From an uncultured Fibrobacteraceae bacterium (GTDB lineage Bacteria > Krumholzibacteriota > Krumholzibacteriia > LZORAL124-64-63): a stretch of DNA of 64,000 nt. Below, piece by piece: positions 61,852-64,000 of this stretch. A program made the translations under genes and the position numbers. The stretch lies in NCBI GenBank assembly GCA_964399195.1, contig CAYNPY010000008.1, forward strand, positions 2,260 through 66,259, written 5' to 3'. Position 1 is the first letter of the stretch, and every line of letters begins with the position of its first letter. The notes under the pieces are model-generated. The model searched no databases. It was not told the DNA's origin and saw nothing but the letters and a program-made list of their open reading frames with translations.

Positions 61852-64000
61852 ATGTACCTGCTCTATCTGATCCCCGTGGCCGTGATCGTGGCCCTCTTCC
61901 TGATCACCCGCTCCGGGCGCCGGCGCCCCGTGGCGCAGCCCGCCGTCGCGCCGCCGGCGCCGGCCGACGCGCCGCCGGTCTCGATCTACGCGGCGATCGA
62001 CCCGCTGGGCCAGGTCTTCAGCATCGTGGCCCATCCCGCCGAGCTGGTCGCCCATCCGGCGATGGCCGCGACGCTGACCCTGCTGCGGGAGCACAGGTGG
62101 ACCGACCAGCGGCTGCTGGACCTGGCCTACGGCGACCACAACGGCCTGCGCTGCGCGGCGTTCCTGGCCATGGCCGAGCGGGGACCGGCGTTCACCGCCA
62201 CCGCGCGCGTGATCGCCGACGCCCCGGTGCTGCCGCCCTGGTACCTGTGGTTCGCGCTGCGCGCGATCGCCGCCTGCGCGCCGACGCAGGAACCGGTCAC
62301 CAGCCATCTCCTGGTCAACCTGAGCATCGACGCCGGCGGCCGCAGCTGGTCGAGCAACGCGTCGGCCGTCGAGCACCTGCGCGCGTTCGCGCGCGAGCGC
62401 CAGGCCGCCGGCGAACCGGCCCGGTTCACCGACGAGGACCTGCGGATCATCGACCGTCACGGACTGGCGTTCGACCTGCGGCGGCTGCTCGAGCGGATCG
62501 GCGGCGAGGACGTGGGCGGCTGGCTGGCCTCGCTGGACGCGCACGAAGCGGGCGGAACCGGCAAGGACGAAGCGCCGCCGGCCCCCGCGCGGCCCGACGC
62601 CGACAGGGTCGCGCTGTCGCAGCTCGGTCGCGTGTGGTCGCGCGTGCCGGCGACGGCCGGTCGCCGGCTGCTGGAGGCGCCCGGTTATCGCGAAGTGGTC
62701 GAGCGCCTGCGGCGCAACCTCGAGGCCTCGCCCCCGCGCCCCTGCCTGCTGGTGGGCGAACCGGGCGTGGGCAAGCGCGCGATCGTCGAGACGCTGGCCA
62801 GCCAGCTCCTGCGGTCGGGCTGGCGCGTGCTGGAGGCCGGCCACACCGACATCATCGCCAACCAGAAGTACGTGGGCGACCTGGAAGGCCGCCTGCAGCT
62901 GTATCTGCAGGAAATGGGAAAGCCGCGCCGGCTCTGGTTCATCCCCGACCTGGGCTCACTGCGCAGCACCGGCGCGCACGACCAGAAGCCGACCGGCGCG
63001 CTGCACCTGCTGCTGGACCGCTTCGAGGCGGGCGAGGTCCGCGTCGTCGGCACGATGACGCCGTCGGCGTGGGAATCGCTGCTGTCGGCGCTGCCGGCCG
63101 CGCGCGGCGTGTTCGACGTCATCAAGGTGGAGCCCATGGACGGCCCCGGCAGCCTGGCGCTGGCCGCGCGCTGGCTGGCCGACGGCGGCGAGCCCGCGCC
63201 GCCGCGGCCGCAGGACCAGCGCGTGCTGGACGAGGCCTGGCTGCTGGCGCAGCAGTTCCTGGGCGACCGCGCGGCGCCGGGCAACCTGCTGCAGCTGCTG
63301 GACCGCGCGGTGCGGCGCGCACAGGCCGCGGGAGACCGCGCCGACCTCGGGCGCGGCGACCTGATCGCCGCGCTGTCCGAGCTGACGGGCCTGCCCGCCT
63401 CGTTCCTGGACGACAGGCAGCGCTTCGACCTGCAGGCCGTGCGCGCCCATTTCCGCGAACGCGTGCTGGGCCAGGACGAGGCCGTCGAGTGCCTGGTCCA
63501 TCGCCTGGCCATGCTGCGGTCCGGGCTGGGCGACCCGTCGCGGCCGCAGGGCGTGTTCCTGTTCGCGGGGCCGACGGGCACGGGCAAGACGGAGATCGCG
63601 AAGGTTCTGGCCGAGTACCTGTTCGGGACGCCCGAGCGCCTGGTGCGGCTGGACATGAGCGAGTACAACGAGCGCGGCGCCGCGGCCAGGCTGCTGCGCG
63701 CGCAGGCGCCGCTGGCGGTCGGCAGCCGGTCGCTGGTCAGCCAGATCCGGCAGCGGCCGTTCTCGGTGGTCCTGCTCGACGAGTTCGAGAAGGCCGCGCC
63801 CGACGTCTGGGACCTGTTCCTGCAGGTGGCCGACGACGGCCGCCTGACCGACGACCAGGGCGAGACCGTCGACTTCCGGCACACGATCATCATCCTGACC
63901 TCGAACCTGGGCGCGCGCGTGGCGGCGGGCGCGGGCGTCGGCTTCGGCCGCGCCGCGGACGGCTTCCGCCCCCAGGACGTCGAGAAGGCGGTCGAGCGGA
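61852..64000 (+). CDS. Membrane-anchored Clp/Hsp100-like AAA+ ATPase (two AAA modules), 3'-truncated by the window edge
   Basis: Translated by hand because it is absent from the ORF track: the frame is open from ATG 61852 to the window end. N-terminal TM segment MYLLYLIPVAVIVALFLI. Module 1: LLVGEPGVGKRAIVETLA. Module 2: LGQDEAVECL...LFAGPTGTGKTEIAKVLA...VVLLDEFEKA...IIILTSNLG. Confidence 0.8.
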   Translation, partial: MYLLYLIPVAVIVALFLITRSGRRRPVAQPAVAPPAPADAPPVSIYAAIDPLGQVFSIVAHPAELVAHPAMAATLTLLREHRWTDQRLLDLAYGDHNGLRCAAFLAMAERGPAFTATARVIADAPVLPPWYLWFALRAIAACAPTQEPVTSHLLVNLSIDAGGRSWSSNASAVEHLRAFARERQAAGEPARFTDEDLRIIDRHGLAFDLRRLLERIGGEDVGGWLASLDAHEAGGTGKDEAPPAPARPDADRVALSQLGRVWSRVPATAGRRLLEAPGYREVVERLRRNLEASPPRPCLLVGEPGVGKRAIVETLASQLLRSGWRVLEAGHTDIIANQKYVGDLEGRLQLYLQEMGKPRRLWFIPDLGSLRSTGAHDQKPTGALHLLLDRFEAGEVRVVGTMTPSAWESLLSALPAARGVFDVIKVEPMDGPGSLALAARWLADGGEPAPPRPQDQRVLDEAWLLAQQFLGDRAAPGNLLQLLDRAVRRAQAAGDRADLGRGDLIAALSELTGLPASFLDDRQRFDLQAVRAHFRERVLGQDEAVECLVHRLAMLRSGLGDPSRPQGVFLFAGPTGTGKTEIAKVLAEYLFGTPERLVRLDMSEYNERGAAARLLRAQAPLAVGSRSLVSQIRQRPFSVVLLDEFEKAAPDVWDLFLQVADDGRLTDDQGETVDFRHTIIILTSNLGARVAAGAGVGFGRAADGFRPQDVEKAVER

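Noticed and set aside
1-64000. CRISPR arrays, tRNA/rRNA genes, transposases/integrases, prophage or toxin-antitoxin modules.
   Set aside because: No direct-repeat/spacer periodicity, no T-loop (GGTTCGAATCC-like) motifs in the intergenic regions, and no transposase, integrase or phage-like proteins among the supported ORFs.

Overview
Visibly very GC-rich bacterial chromosomal segment. I saw no rRNA, tRNA, CRISPR array or mobile element. About 40 protein genes are supportable. Most of the long antisense ORFs in the track are GC-driven shadow ORFs. Several real genes are nested inside longer track ORFs, one is interrupted by an in-frame TGA, and one runs off the 3' edge and is missing from the track.

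Content by region:
- 1-26.5 kb: a beta-1,3-glucan (laminarin-type) utilisation region. It holds a ROK protein, GH16, GH1, a GH2-like TIM barrel fused to a large beta-rich domain, a second GH16-like enzyme, GH17, a GPH-family sugar symporter, a 1194-aa uncharacterised cytoplasmic enzyme-like protein, an ADP-ribosylglycohydrolase-fold protein, and a 2037-aa alpha-2-macroglobulin without a thioester motif. Three sigma70-like promoters here carry the same palindromic operator (core GTTCG-N5-CGAAC).
- 26.5-29.4 kb: an ECF sigma/anti-sigma pair co-oriented with two paralogous small secreted proteins.
- 29.7-30.9 kb: a thioredoxin-fold gene with an in-frame TGA exactly at the first Cys of WCxxC, followed by a SECIS-like hairpin.
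- 30.9-39.4 kb: a six-gene co-directional cluster of three alkaline-phosphatase-superfamily paralogs, a membrane protein, a 65-aa ribbon-helix-helix-like protein and a DUF115/Maf-like protein.
- 39.7-64 kb: hypothetical + HD-GYP + proC, M28 peptidase, mntP, hemerythrin, a two-PDZ protein, addAB, NmrA, M16 peptidase, and a membrane-anchored Clp-like AAA+ ATPase (partial).

Most unusual signal: five small secreted proteins with non-alignable passenger regions share a roughly 10-residue extreme C-terminal tail ([WF]-[GS]-x-[LV]-K-x-[LE]-[FY]-...R). This tail is distinct from the ~88-aa FlgD/T9SS-like C-terminal domain carried by four other secreted proteins in the same window. I cannot place the tail in any named sorting-signal family from memory.

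Lineage guess, by inference only: an uncultured FCB-superphylum-related high-GC lineage. All functional calls come from motif recognition by eye; no searches were run.
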